Of a DNA stretch of 64,000 bases, positions 24,152 to 39,300 are shown in pieces. The position numbers and the translations under genes were made by a program. Source of the DNA: Utricularia gibba (Eukaryota; Plantae; Magnoliophyta). The notes below the pieces were generated by a model. It had not been told where the DNA came from. It made no database searches and saw nothing but the letters and a program-made list of their open reading frames with translations. Location: contig NEEC01000007.1 of assembly GCA_002189035.1 (NCBI GenBank), positions 3,596,001-3,660,000 on the forward strand, in the 5' to 3' direction. Every line of letters starts with the position of its first letter. Position 1 is the first letter of the stretch.

Positions 24152-27100
24152 CCTACTCGACGAAAATCGTGATGCAGTTATTGAAGTTAGGATTCATGAG
24201 CACCCAAAATGGTTTTTCAACCGCATGCTTTTATATTTGAGGAGCGCTCTCGTGGGGCAACGGTATCGAGCAGGAGGTCGAGTCGAGCTCGGGCCCATAG
24301 TCATTTGTAGCTCGGCAAAAAAATTGATGCATTTATTAACGTTGGTTTATAGGCTGCCTACATGGTTTTCTCAAGGAAAAGCTTGTCGTTTTTGGGCGGG
24401 TGATCGTTGGAACTTCGTTCTGACCCAAGGTTCGGTCTGACTCCTTTGCCACATCGGGTCCTACTCGACGAAAATCGTGATGCAGTTATTGAAGTTAGGA
24501 TTTCATGAGCACCCAAAATGGTTTTCTCAACCGCATGCTTTATATTTGATAAGGCGCTCTCGTGGGGCAACGGTATCGAGCAGGAGGTCGAGTCGAGCTC
24601 GGGCCCATAGTCATTTGTAGCTCGGCAAAAAACTTGATGCATTTATTAACGTTGGTTTTAATAGGCTGCCTCAATGGTTTTCTCAAGGAAAAGCTTGTCG
24701 TTTTGGCGGGTGATGTCGTTGTGAACTTCGTTCTGACCCAAGGTTCGGTCTGTCTCCTTTGCCAAATCGGGTCCTACTCGACGAAAATCGTGATGCAGTT
24801 ATTGAAGTTAGGATTTCATGAGCACCCAAAATGTTTTCTCAATCGCATGCTTTATATTTGAGGAGGCGCTCTAGTGGGCACGGTATAGGTCGAGTCGAGC
24901 TCGCCCAGAGTCATTTGTAGCGCAAAAAAATTGATGCATTTATTAACGTTGGTTTTAATAGGCTGCCTACATTTCTCAAGGAAAAGCTTGTCGTTTCTGG
25001 GCGGGTGATGTCTTTTGAACTTCGTTCTGACCCAAGGTTCGGTCTGACTCCTTTGCCACATCGGGTCCTACTCGACGAAAATCGTGATGCAGTTATTGAA
25101 GTTAGGATTTCATGAGCACCCAAAATGGTTTTCTCAACCGCATGCTTTATATTTGATAAGGCGCTCTCGTGGGGCAACGGTATCGAGCAGGAGGTCGAGT
25201 CGAGCTCGGGCCCATAGTCATTTGTAGCTCGGCAAAAAAACTTGATGCATTTATTAACGGGGTTTTAATAGCTGCCTACATGGTTTTCTCAAGGAAAAGC
25301 TTGTCGTTTTTGGCGGGTGATGTCGTTGTGAACTTCGTTCTGACCCAAGGTTCGGTCTGTCTCCTTTGCCACATCTGGTCCTACTCGACGAAAATCGTGA
25401 TGCAGTTATTGAAGTTAGGATTTCATGAGCACCCAAAATGGTTTTCTCAACCGCATGCTTTATATTTGATAAGGCGCTCTCGTGGGGCAACGGTATCGAA
25501 GGAGGTCGAGTCGAGCTCGGCCCAGAGTCATTTGTAGCCCGGCAAAAAAATTGATGCATTTATTAACGTTGGTTTAATAGGCTGCCTACATGGTTTCTCA
25601 AGGAAAAGCTTGTCGTTTCTGGGCGGGTGATGTCTTTTGGAACTTCGTTCTGACCATAGGTTCGGTCTGACTCCTTTGCCACATCGGGTCCTACTCGACG
25701 AAAATCGTGATGCAGTTATTGAAGTTAGGATTTCATGAGCACCCAAAATGGTTTTCTCAACCGCATGCTTTATATTTGATAAGGGCTCTCGTGGGGCAAC
25801 GGTATCGAGCAGGAGGTCGAGTCGAGCTCGGGCCCATAGTCATTTGTAGCTCGGCAAAAAACTTGATGCATTTATTAACGTTGGTTTTAATAGGCTGCCT
25901 CAATGTTTTCTCAAGGAAAAGCTTGTCGTTTTTGGGCGGGTGATGTCGTTGTGAACTTCGTTCTGACCCAAGGTTCGGTCTGACTCCTTTGCCAAATCGG
26001 TCCTACTCGACGAAAATCGTGATGCAGTTATTGAAGTTAGGATTTCATGAGCACCCAAAATGTTTTCAACCGCATGCTTTATATTTGAGGAGGCGCTCTA
26101 GTGGGGCACGGTATCGGGCAGGTCGAGTCGAGCTCGGCTCCCAGTCATTTTGTAGCCGCAAAAAAATTGATGCATTTATTAACGTTGGGTTTTAATAGGC
26201 TGCCTACATGGTTTCTCAAGGAAAAGCTTGTCGTTTTTGGGCGGGTGATGTCTTTTGGAACTTCGTTCTGACCAAGGTTCGGTCTGACTCCTTTGCCACA
26301 TCGGGTCCTACTCGACGAAAATCGTGATGCAGTTATTGAAGTTAGGATTTCATGAGCACCCAAAATGGTTTTCTCAACCGCATGCTTTATATTTGATAAG
26401 GCTCTGGGGCAACGGTATCGAGCAGGAGGTCGAGTCGAGCTCGGCCCATAGTCATTTGTAGCTCGGCAAAAAAACTTGATGCATTTATTAACGTTGGTTT
26501 TAATAGGTTTTCTCAAGGAAAAGCTTGTCGTTTTTGGGCGGGTGATGTCGTTGTGAACTTCGTTCTGACCCAAGGTTCGGTCTGACTCCTTTGCCAAATC
26601 GGTCCTACTCGACGAAAATCGTGATGCAGTTATTGAAGTTAGGATTTCATGAGCACCCAAAATGGTTTCTCAACCGCATGCTTTATATTTGATAAGGGCT
26701 CTCGTGGGCAACGGTATCGAGCAGGAGGTCGAGTCGAGCTCGGCCCAGAGTCATTTGTAGCCGGCAAAAAAATTGATGCATTTATTAACGTTGGTTTTAA
26801 TAGGCTGCCTACATGGTTTCTCAAGGAAAAGCTTGTCGTTTCTGGGCGGTGATGTCTTTTGGAACTTCGTTCTGACCAAGGTTCGGTCTGACTCCTTTGC
26901 CACATCGGTCCTACTCGACGAAAATCGTGATGCAGTTATTGAAGTTAGGATTTCATGAGCACCCAAAATGGTTTTCTCAACCGCATGCTTTATATTTGAT
27001 AAGGGCTCTCGTGGGCAACGGTATCGAGCAGGAGGTCGAGTCGAGCTCGGGCCATAGTCATTTGTAGCTCGGCAAAAAACTTGATGCATTTATTAACGGT

Positions 27101-30100
27101 TGGTTTTAATAGGCTGCCTCAATGGTTTCTCAAGGAAAAGCTTGTCGTTTTTGGGCGGGTGATGTCGTTGTGAACTTCGTTCTGACCCAAGGTTCGGTCT
27201 GTCTCCTTTGCCAAATCTGGTCCTACTCGACGAAAATCGTGATGCAGTTATTGAAGTTAGGATCATGAGCACCCAAAATGGTTTTTCAACCGCATGCTTT
27301 ATATTGAAGGCGCTCTCGTGGGACGGTATCGGCAAAAGGTCGAGTCGGGCTCGGCCAGAGTCATTTTTAGCCGGCAAAAAAATTGATGCATTTATTAACG
27401 TTGGTTTTAATAGGCTGCCTACATGGTTTCTCAAGGAAAGCTTGTCGTTTCTGGGCGGGTGATGTCTTTTGGAACTTCGTTCTGACCAAGGTTCGGTCTG
27501 ACTCCTTTGCCACATCGGTCCTACTCGACGAAAATCGTGATGCAGTTATTGAAGTTAGGATTTCATGAGCACCCAAAATGGTTTTCTCAACCGCATGCTT
27601 TATATTTGATAAGGCTCTCGGGGCAACGGTATCGAGTAGGAGGTCGAGTCGAGCTCGGGCCCATAGTCATTTGTAGCTCGGCAAAAAACTTGATGCATTT
27701 ATTAACGGTTGGTTTTAATAGGCTGCCTCAATGGTTTTCTCAAGGAAAAGCTTGTCGTTTTTGGGCGGGTGATGTCGTTGTGAACTTCGTTCTGACCAAG
27801 GTTCGGTCTGTCTCCTTTGCCACATCTGGTCCTACTCGACGAAAATCGTGATGCAGTTATTGAAGTTAGGATTTCATGAGCACCCAAAATGTTTTCTCAA
27901 CCGCATGCTTTTGTATTTGAGGAGGCGCTCTCGTGGGGCAACGGTATCGGGCAAAAGGTCGAGTCGGGCTCGCCAGAGTCATTTTTAGCCTGCAAAAAAA
28001 ATTGATGCATTTATTAACGTTGGGTTTTAATAGGCTGCCTACATGGTTTCTCAAGGAAAAGCTTGTCGTTTCTGGGCGGGTGATGTCTTTGGAACTTCGT
28101 TCTGACCAGGTTCGGTCTGACTCCTTTGCCACATCGGGTCCTACTCGACGAAAATCGTGATGCAGTTATTGAAGTTAGGATTTCATGAGCACCCAAAATG
28201 GTTTTCTCAACCGCATGCTTTATATTTGATAAGGCGCTCTCGTGGGGCAACGGTATCGAGCAGGAGGTCGAGTCGAGCTCGGGCCCAGAGTCATTTGTAG
28301 CCGGCAAAAAATTGATGCATTTATTAACGTTGGTTTTAATAGGTTTCTCAAGGAAAAGCTTGTCGTTTTTGGGCGGTGATGTCGTTGTGAACTTCGTTCT
28401 GACCAAGGTTCGGTCTGCCTTTGCCAAATCGGGTCCTACTCGACGAAAATCGTGATGCAGTTATTGAAGTTAGGATTTCATGAGCACCCAAAATGGTTTT
28501 CTCAACCGCATGCTTTATATTTGATAAGGGCTCTCGTGGGGCAACGGTATCGAAGGAGGTCGAGTCGAGCTCGGGCCCATAGTCATTTGTAGCTCGGCAA
28601 AAAACTTGATGCATTTATTAACGGGTTTTAATAGGCTGCCTAATGGTTTCTCAAGGAAAAGCTTGTCGTTTTGGGCGGGTGATGTCGTTGGAACTTCGTT
28701 CTGACCAAGGTTCGGTCTGACTCCTTTGCCACATCGGGTCCTACTCGACGAAAATCGTGATGCAGTTATTGAAGTTAGGATTTCATGAGCACCCAAAATG
28801 GTTTTCTCAACCGCATGCTTTATATTTGCTCGTGGGGCACGTATCGAGCAGGTCGAGTCGAGCTCAGAGTCATTTGTAGGCAAAAAATTGATGCATTTAT
28901 TAACGTTGGTTTTAATAGGCTGCCTACATGGTTTCTCAAGGAAAAGCTTGTCGTTTTGGGCGGGTGATGTCGTTGGAACTTCGTTCTGACCAAGGTTCGG
29001 TCTGACTCCTTTGCCACATCGGGTCCTACTCGACGAAAATCGTGATGCAGTTATTGAAGTTAGGATTCATGAGCACCCAAAATGGTTTTCTCAACCATGC
29101 TTTATATTTGATAAGGCACTCTCGTGGGGCAACGGTATCGAGCAGGAGGTCGAGTCGAGCTCGGCCCAGAGTCATTTGTAGCTCGGCAAAAAAAATTGAT
29201 GCATTTATTAACGTTGGTTTTATAGGCTGCCTACATGTTTCTCAAGGAAAAGCTTGTCGTTTCTGGGCGGGTGATGTCTTTTGGAACTTCGTTCTGACCA
29301 AGGTTCGGTCTGACTCCTTTGCCACATCGGGTCCTACTCGACGAAAATCGTGATGCAGTTATTGAAGTTAGGATTTCATGAGCACCCAAAATGGTTTTCT
29401 CAACCGCATGCTTTATATTTGATAAGGCTCTCGTGGGCAACGGTATCGAGCAGGAGGTCGAGTCGAGCTCGGGCCCATAGTCATTTGTAGCTCGGCAAAA
29501 AACTTGATGCATTTATTAACGGTTGGTTTTAATAGGCTGCCTCAATGGTTTTCTCAAGGAAAAGCTTGTCGTTTTTGGGCGGGTGATGTCGTTGTGAACT
29601 TCGTTCTGACCCAAGGTTCGGTCTGTCTCCTTTGCCAAATCGGTCCTACTCGACGAAAATCGTGATGCAGTTATTGAAGTTAGGATTTCATGAGCACCCA
29701 AAATGTTTTTCAATCGCATGCTTTTTGAGGAGGCGCTCTAGTGGGGCACGGTATCGGGCAAAAGGTCGCTCGCCCAGAGTCATTTGTAGCCTGCAAAAAA
29801 GTGATGCATTTATTAACGTTGGGTTTTAATAGGCTGCCTACATGGTTTTCTCAAGGAAAAGCTTGTCGTTTCTGGGCGGGTGATGTCTTTTGGAACTTCG
29901 TTCTGACCAAGGTTCGGTCTGACTCCTTTGCCACATCGGGTCCTACTCGACGAAAATCGTGATGCAGTTATTGAAGTTAGGATTCATGAGCACCCAAAAT
30001 GGTTTTCTCAACCGCATGCTTTATATTTGATAAGGCGCTCTCGTGGGGCAACGGTATCGAGCAGGAGGTCGAGTCGAGCTCGGGCCCAGAGTCATTTGTA

Positions 30101-33100
30101 GCCGGCAAAAAAAATTGATGCATTTATTAACGTTGGTTTTAATAGGCTGCCTACATGGTTTCTCAAGGAAAAGCTTGTCGTTTTTGGGCGGGTGATGTCG
30201 TTGTGAACTTCGTTCTGACCCAAGGTTCGGTCTGACTCCTTTGCCACATCGGGTCCTACTCGACGAAAATCGTGATGCAGTTATTGAAGTTAGGATTCAT
30301 GAGCACCCAAAATGGTTTTCTCAACCGCATGCTTTATATTTGAAGGCGCTCTCGTGGGGCAACGGTATCGAGCAGGAGGTCGAGTCGAGCTCGGGCCCAT
30401 AGTCATTTGTAGCCGGCAAAAAACTTGATGCATTTATTAACGTTGGTTTTAATAGGCCCTACATGGTTTCTCAAGGAAAAGCTTGTCGTTTTTGGGCGGG
30501 TGATGTCGTTGGAACTTCGTTCTGACCAAGGTTCGGTCTGTCCTTTGCCACATCGGGTCCTACTCGACGAAAATCGTGATGCAGTTATTGAAGTTAGGAT
30601 TTCATGAGCACCCAAAATGGTTTTCTCAACCGCATGCTTTTATTTGATAAGGGCTCTCGTGGGGCAACGGTATCGAGCAGGAGGTCGAGTCGAGCTCGGG
30701 CCCATAGTCATTTGTAGCTCGGCAAAAAACTTGATGCATTATTAACGTTGGTTTTAATAGGCTGCCTAATGGTTTTCTCAAGGAAAAGCTTGTCGTTTTT
30801 GGGCGGGTGATGTCGTTTGAACTTCGTTCTGACCAAGGTTCGGTCTGTCTCCTTTGCCAAATCTGGTCCTACTCGACGAAAATCGTGATGCAGTTATTGA
30901 AGTTAGGATTTCATGAGCACCCAAAATGTTTTTCAATCGCATGCTTTGTATTTGAGGAGGCGCTCTAGTGGGGCACGGTATAGGTCGAGTCGGGCTCGCT
31001 CCCAGAGTCATTTTTTATCAAAAAAATTGATGCATTTATTAACGTTGGTTTAATAGGCTGCCTACATGTTTCTCAAGGAAAAGCTTGTCGTTTCTGGGCG
31101 GGTGATGTCGGAACTTCGTTCTGACCAAGGTTCGTCTGACTCCTTTGCCACATCGGGTCCTACTCGACGAAAATCGTGATGCAGTTATTGAAGTTAGGAT
31201 CATGAGCACCCAAAATGGTTTTCTCAACCGCATGCTTTATATTTGATAAGGCGCTCTCGTGGGGCAACGGTATCGAGGAGGTCGAGTCGAGCTCGGCCCA
31301 TAGTCATTTGTAGCTCGGCAAAAAACTTGATGCATTTATTAACGTTTGGTTTTAATAGGTTTCTCAAGGAAAAGCTTGTCGTTTTTGGGCGGGTGATGTC
31401 GTTGTGAACTTCGTTCTGACCCAAGGTTCGGTCTGTCTCCTTTGCCAATCGGGTCCTACTCGACGAAAATCGTGATGCAGTTATTGAAGTTAGGATTTCA
31501 TGAGCACCCAAAATGGTTTTCTCAACCGCATGCTTTATATTTGATAAGGCGCTCTCGTGGGGCAACGGTATCGAGCAGGAGGTCGAGTCGAGCTCGGGCC
31601 CATAGTCATTTGTAGCTCGGCAAAAAATTGATGCATTTATTAACGTTGGTTTTAATAGGCTGCCTACATGGTTTCTCAAGGAAAAGCTTGTCGTTTTTTG
31701 TGATGTCGTTTGTGAACTTCGTTCTGACCAAGGTTCGGTCTGACTCCTTTGCCACATCGGTCCTACTCGACGAAAATCGTGATGCAGTTATTGAAGTTAG
31801 GATTTCATGAGCACCCAAAAATTTTCTCAACCGCATGCTTTATATTTGATAAGGCGCTCGTGGGGCACGGTATCGGAGGTCGAGTAGCTCGCCCAGAGTC
31901 ATTTGTAGCCGCAAAAAAATTGATGCATTTATTAACGTTGGTTTTAATAGGCTGCCTACATGTTTTCTCAAGGAAAAGCTTGTCGTTTCTGGCGGGTGAT
32001 GTCTTTTGGAACTTCGTTCTGACCAAGGTTCTGTCTGACTCCTTTGCCACATCGGGTCCTACTCGACGAAAATCGTGATGCAGTTATTGAAGTTAGGATT
32101 CATGAGCACCCAAAATGGTTTTCTCAACCGCATGCTTTATATTTGATAAGGCACTCTCGTGGGCAACGGTATCGAGCAGGAGGTCGAGTCGAGCTCGGCC
32201 CAGAGTCATTTGTAGCCGGCAAAAAAATTGATGCATTTATTAACGTTGGCTTTATTAGGCTGCCTACATAGTTTCTCAAGGAAAAGCTTGTCGTTTCTGG
32301 GCGGTGATGTCTTTTGGAACTTCGTTCTGACCAAGGTTCGGTCTGACTCCTTTGCCACATCGGGTCCTACTCGACGAAAATCGTGATGCAGTTATTGAAG
32401 TTAGGATCATGAGCACCCAAAATGGTTTTCTCAACCGCATGCTTTATATTTGATAAGGGCTCTCGTGGGGCAACGGTATCGAGTAGGAGGTCGAGTCGAG
32501 CTCGGGCCCATAGTCATTTGTAGCTCGGCAAAAAACTTGATGCATTTATTAACGTTGGTTTTAATAGGCTGCCTCAATGGTTTTCTCAAGGAAAAGCTTG
32601 TCGTTTTGGCGGGTGATGTCGTTGTGAACTTCGTTCTGACCCAAGGTTCGGTCTGACTCCTTTGCCAAATCGGTCCTACTCGACGAAAATCGTGATGCAG
32701 TTATTGAAGTTAGGATTTCATGAGCACCCAAAATGTTTTTCAATCGCATGCTTTGTATTTGAAGGCGCTCTAGTGGGGCAACGGTATCGAGCAGGTCGAG
32801 TCGAGCTCGCCCAGAGTCATTTTAGCCCAAAAAAATTGATGCATTTATTAACGTTGGGTTTTAATAGGCTGCCTACATGGTTTCTCAAGGAAAAGCTTGT
32901 CGTTTCTGGCGGGTGATGTCTTTTGGAACTTCGTTCTGACCAAGGTTCGGTCTGACTCCTTTGCCACATCGGGTCCTACTCGACGAAAATCGTGATGCAG
33001 TTATTGAAGTTAGGATTCATGAGCACCCAAAATGGTTTTCTCAACCGCATGCTTTATATTTGATAAGGGCTCTCGTGGGGCAACGGTATCGAGTAGGAGG

Positions 33101-36100
33101 TCGAGTCGAGCTCGGGCCCATAGTCATTTGTAGCTCGGCAAAAAACTTGATGCATTTATTAACGGTTGGTTTTAATAGGCTGCCTCAATGGTTTTCTCAA
33201 GGAAAAGCTTGTCGTTTTTTGATGTCGTTGTGAACTTCGTTCTGACCCAAGTTCGGTCTGTCTCCTTTGCCAAATCGGTCCTACTCGACGAAAATCGTGA
33301 TGCAGTTATTGAAGTTAGGATTCATGAGCACCCAAAATGTTTTCTCAACCGCATGCTTTATATTTGAGGAGGCGCTCTCGTGGGGCACGGTATCGAGCAG
33401 AGGTCGAGTCGGGCTCGCCCAGAGTCATTTTTACAAAAAAATGATGCATTTATTAACGTTGGTTTTAATAGGCTGCCTACAGTTTCTCAAGGAAAAGCTT
33501 GTCGTTTCTGGCGGGTGATGTCTTTTGGAACTTCGTTCTGACCAAGGTTCGGTCTGACTCCTTTGCCACATCGGGTCCTACTCGACGAAAATCGTGATGC
33601 AGTTATTGAAGTTAGGATTCATGAGCACCCAAAATGGTTTTCTCAACCGCATGCTTTATATTTGATAAGGCGCTCTCGTGGGGCAACGGTATCGAGCAGG
33701 AGGTCGAGTCGAGCTCGGGCCCATAGTCATTTGTAGCCCGGCAAAAAAAATTGATGCATTTATTAACGTTGGCTTTATAGGCTGCCTACATAGTTTCTCA
33801 AGGAAAAGCTTGTCGTTTTGGGCGGTGATGTCGTTGGAACTTCGTTCTGACCAAGGTTCGGTCTGACTCCTTTGCCACATCGGGTCCTACTCGACGAAAA
33901 TCGTGATGCAGTTATTGAAGTTAGGATTTCATGAGCACCCAAAATGGTTTTCTCAACCGCATGCTTTATATTTGATAAGGTGCTCTCGTGGGGCAACGGT
34001 ATCGAGCAGGAGGTCGAGTCGAGCTCGGGCCCATAGTCATTTGTAGCTCGGCAAAAAACTTGATGCATTTATTAACGTTTGGTTTTAATAGGCTGCCTCA
34101 ATGGTTTTCTCAAGGAAAAGCTTGTCGTTTTTGGGCGGGTGATGTCGTTGGAACTTCGTTCTGACCCAAGGTTCGGTCTGACTCCTTTGCCAAATCGGTC
34201 CTACTCGACGAAAATCGTGATGCAGTTATTGAAGTTAGGATTTCATGAGCACCCAAAATGGTTTTCTCAACCGCATGCTTTATATTTGAAGCGCTCTCGT
34301 GGGGCAACGGTATCGAGCAGGTCGAGTGCTCGCCCAGAGTCATTTGTAGGCAAAAAAATTGATGCATTTATTAACGTTGGTTTTAATAGGCTGCCTACAT
34401 GGTTTCTCAAGGAAAAGCTTGTCGTTTTGGCGGGTGATGTCTTTTGAACTTCGTTCTGACCAAGGTTCGGTCTGACTCCTTTGCCACATCGGTCCTACTC
34501 GACGAAAATCGTGATGCAGTTATTGAAGTTAGGATTTCATGAGCACCCAAAATGTTTTCTCAACCGCATGCTTTATATTTGATAAGGCACTCTCGTGGGG
34601 CAACGGTATCGAGCAGGAGGTCGAGTCGAGCTCGGGAGTCATTTGTAGCCCGGCAAAAAAAAAATTGATGCATTTATTAACGTTGGTTTTATAGGCTGCC
34701 TACATGTTTTCAAGGAAAAGCTTGTCGTTTTGGCGGGTGATGTCGTTGGAACTTCGTTCTGACCCAAGGTTCGGTCTGACTCCTTTGCCACATCGGGTCC
34801 TACTCGACGAAAATCGTGATGCAGTTATTGAAGTTAGGATTCATGAGCACCCAAAATGTTTTCTCAACCGCATGCTTTATATTTGAGGAGCGCTCTCGTG
34901 GGCAACGGTATCGGCAGAGGTCGAGTCGAGCTCGGGCCCATAGTCATTTGTAGCTCGGCAAAAAATTGATGCATTTATTAACGTTGGTTTTAATAGGCCC
35001 TACATTTTTCTCAAAAAAGCTTGTCGTTTTTGGGCGGGTGATGTCGTTGTGAACTTCGTTCTGACCCAAGGTTCGGTCTGACTCCTTTGCCAATCGGTCC
35101 TACTCGACGAAAATCGTGATGCAGTTATTGAAGTTAGGATTTCATGAGCACCCAAAATGGTTTTCTCAACCGCATGCTTTATATTTGATAAGGTGCTCTC
35201 GTGGGGCAACGGTATCGAGTAGGAGGTCGAGTCGAGCTCGGGCCCATAGTCATTTGTAGCCGGCAAAAAATTGATGCATTTATTAACGTTGTTTTAATAG
35301 GCTGCCTAATGGTTTTCTCAAGGAAAAGCTTGTCGTTTTTGGGCGGGTGATGTCGTTGTGAACTTCGTTCTGACCCAAGGTTCGGTCTGACTCCTTTGCC
35401 AAATCTGGTCCTACTCGACGAAAATCGTGATGCAGTTATTGAAGTTAGGATTTCATGAGCACCCAAAATGCTTTTTCAATCGCATGCTTTGTAGTTGAGG
35501 AGGCGCTCTAGTGGGGCACGGTATCGGCAAAAGGTCGAGTCGGGCTCGCTCCCAGAGTCATTTTTAGCCGGCAAAAAAAGTGATGCATTTATTAACGTTG
35601 GGTTTTAATAGGCTGCCTACATGGTTTCTCAAGGAAAAGCTTGTCGTTTCTGGGCGGGTGATGTCTTTTGGAACTTCGTTCTGACCAAGGTTCGGTCTGA
35701 CTCCTTTGCCACATCGGGTCCTACTCGACGAAAATCGTGATGCAGTTATTGAAGTTAGGATTTCATGAGCACCCAAATGGTTTTCTCAACCGCATGCTTT
35801 ATATTGATAAGGTGCTCTGGGGCAACGGTATCGAGTAGGAGGTCGAGTCGAGCTCGGGCCCATAGTCATTTGTAGCTCGGCAAAAAACTTGATGCATTTA
35901 TTAACGGTTGGTTTTAATAGGCTGCCTCAATGGTTTTCTCAAGGAAAAGCTTGTCGTTTTTTGGGCGGGTGATGTCGTTGTGAACTTCGTTCTGACCCAA
36001 GGTTCGGTCTGTCTCCTTTGCCAAATCTGGTCCTACTCGACGAAAATCGTGATGCAGTTATTGAAGTTAGGATTTCATGAGCACCCAAAATGCTTTTTCA

Positions 36101-36338
36101 ATCGCATGCTTTGTAGTTGAGGAGGCGCTCTAGTGGGGCACGGTATCGGGCAAAAGTCGAGTCGGGCTCGCCCAGAGTCATTTTTAGCCTGCAAAAAAAG
36201 TGATGCATTTATTAACGTTGGTTTTAATAGGCTGCCTACATGGTTTCTCAAGGAAAAGCTTGTCGTTTCTGGGCGGGTGATGTCTTTGGAACTTCGTTCT
36301 GACCATAGGTTCGGTCTGACTCCTTTGCCACATCGGGT

Positions 36339-39300
36339 CCTACTCGACGAAAATCGTGATGCAGTTATTGAAGTTAGGATTTCATGAGCACCCAAAATGG
36401 TTTTCTCAACCGCATGCTTTATATTTGATAAGCTCTCGTGGGCAACGGTATCGAGTAGGAGGTCGAGTCGAGCTCGGGCCCATAGTCATTTGTAGCTCGG
36501 CAAAAAACTTGATGCATTTATTAACGGTTGGTTTTAATAGGCTGCCTAATGTTTTCTCAAGGAAAAGCTTGTCTTTTGGGCGGGTGATGTCGTTGTGAAC
36601 TTCGTTCTGACCCAAGGTTCGGTCTGACTCCTTTGCCAAATCTGGTCCTACTCGACGAAAATCGTGATGCAGTTATTGAAGTTAGGATTTCATGAGCACC
36701 CAAAATGCTTTTCAATCGCTGCTTTGTAGTTGAGGAGGCGCTCTAGTGGGCACGGTATCGGGCAAAGGTCGAGTCGGGCTCGCCCAGAGTCATTTTTAGC
36801 CTGTCAAAAAAAGTGATGCATTTATTAACGTTGGGTTTTAATAGGCTGCCTACATGGTTTCTCAAGGAAAAGCTTGTCGTTTCTGGCGGGTGATGTCTTT
36901 TGGAACTTCGTTCTGACCAAGGTTCGGTCTGACTCCTTTGCCACATCGGGTCCTACTCGACGAAAATCGTGATGCAGTTATTGAAGTTAGGATTCATGAG
37001 CACCCAAAATGGTTTTCTCAACCGCATGCTTTATATTTGATAAGGCACTCTCGTGGGGCAACGGTATCGAGCAGGAGGTCGAGTCGAGCTCGGGCCCAGA
37101 GTCATTTGTAGCCCGGCAAAAAAATTGATGCATTTATTAACGTTGGTTTTATTAGGCTGCCTACATGGTTTCTCAAGGAAAGCTTGTCGTTTTGGCGGGT
37201 GATGTCTTTTGGAACTTCGTTCTGACCAAGGTTCGGTCTGACTCCTTTGCCACATCGGGTCCTACTCGACGAAAATCGTGATGCAGTTATTGAAGTTAGG
37301 ATTTCATGAGCACCCAAAATGGTTTTCTCAACCGCATGCTTTATATTTGATAAGGCGCTCTCGTGGGGCAACGGTATCGAGCAGGAGGTCGAGTCGAGCT
37401 CGGGCCCATAGTCATTTGTAGCTCGGCAAAAAACTTGATGCATTTATTAACGTTGGGTTTTAATAGGCCCTACATGGTTTTCTCAAGGAAAAGCTTGTCG
37501 TTTTTGGGCGGGTGATGTCGTTGTGAACTTCGTTCTGACCCAAGGTTCGGTCTGTCTCCTTTGCCAAATCTGGTCCTACTCGACGAAAATCGTGATGCAG
37601 TTATTGAAGTTAGGATTTCATGAGCACCCAAAATGGTTTTCTCAACCGCATGCTTTATATTTGATAAGGCACTCTCGTGGGGCAACGGTATCGAGCAGGA
37701 GGTCGAGTCGAGCTCGCCCAGAGTCATTTGTAGCCGGCAAAAAACTTGATGCATTTATTAACGTTGGTTTTAATAGGCTGCCTACATGGTTCTCAAGGAA
37801 AGCTTGTCGTTTCTGGGCGGGTGATGTCTTTTGGAACTTCGTTCTGACCATAGGTTCGGTCTGACTCCTTTGCCACATCGGGTCCTACTCGACGAAAATC
37901 GTGATGCAGTTATTGAAGTTAGGATTTCATGAGCACCCAAAATGGTTTTCTCAACCGCATGCTTTATATTTGATAAGGTGCTCTCGTGGGGCAACGGTAT
38001 CGAGTAGGAGGTCGAGTCGAGCTCGGGCCCATAGTCATTTGTAGCTCGGCAAAAAACTTGATGCATTTATTAACGGTTGGTTTTAATAGGCTGCCTCAAT
38101 GGTTTTCTCAAGGAAAAGCTTGTCGTTTTTGGGCGGGTGATGTCGTTGTGAACTTCGTTCTGACCCAAGGTTCGGTCTGTCTCCTTTGCCAATCTGGTCC
38201 TACTCGACGAAAATCGTGATGCAGTTATTGAAGTTAGGATTTCATGAGCACCCAAAATGCTTTTGTCAATCGCATGCTTTGTAGTTGAGGAGGCGCTCTA
38301 GTGGGGCACGGTATCGGGCAAAAGGTCGAGTCGGGCTCGCTCCCAGAGTCATTTTTAGCCTGTCAAAAAAAGTGATGCATTTATTAACGTTGGGTTTTAA
38401 TAGGCTGCCTACATGGTTTCTCAAGGAAAAGCTTGTCGTTTCTGGGCGGGTGATGTCTTTTGGAACTTCGTTCTGACCATAGGTTCGGTCTGACTCCTTT
38501 GCCACATCGGGTCCTACTCGACGAAAATCGTGATGCAGTTATTGAAGTTAGGATTTCATGAGCACCCAAAATGGTTTTCTCAACCGCATGCTTTATATTT
38601 GATAAGGTGCTCTCGTGGGGCAACGGTATCGAGTAGGAGGTCGAGTCGAGCTCGGGCCCATAGTCATTTGTAGCTCGGCAAAAAACTTGATGCATTTATT
38701 AACGGTTGGTTTTAATAGGCTGCCTCAATGGTTTTCTCAAGGAAAAGCTTGTCGTTTTTGGGCGGGTGATGTCGTTGTGAACTTCGTTCTGACCCAAGGT
38801 TCGGTCTGTCTCCTTTGCCAATCTGGTCCTACTCGACGAAAATCGTGATGCAGTTATTGAAGTTAGGATTTCATGAGCACCCAAAATGCTTTTGTCAATC
38901 GCATGCTTTGTAGTTGAGGAGGCGCTCTAGTGGGGCACGGTATCGGGCAAAAGGTCGAGTCGGGCTCGCTCCCAGAGTCATTTTTAGCCTGTCAAAAAAA
39001 GTGATGCATTTATTAACGTTGGGTTTTAATAGGCTGCCTACATGGTTTCTCAAGGAAAAGCTTGTCGTTTTCTGGGCGGGTGATGTCTTTTGGAACTTCG
39101 TTCTGACCATAGGTTCGGTCTGACTCCTTTGCCACATCGGGTCCTACTCGACGAAAATCGTGATGCAGTTATTGAAGTTAGGATTCATGAGCACCCAAAA
39201 TGGTTTTCTCAACCGCATGCTTTATATTTGATAAGGCACTCTCGTGGGGCAACGGTATCGAGCAGGAGGTCGAGTCGAGCTCGGCCCAGAGTCATTTGTA

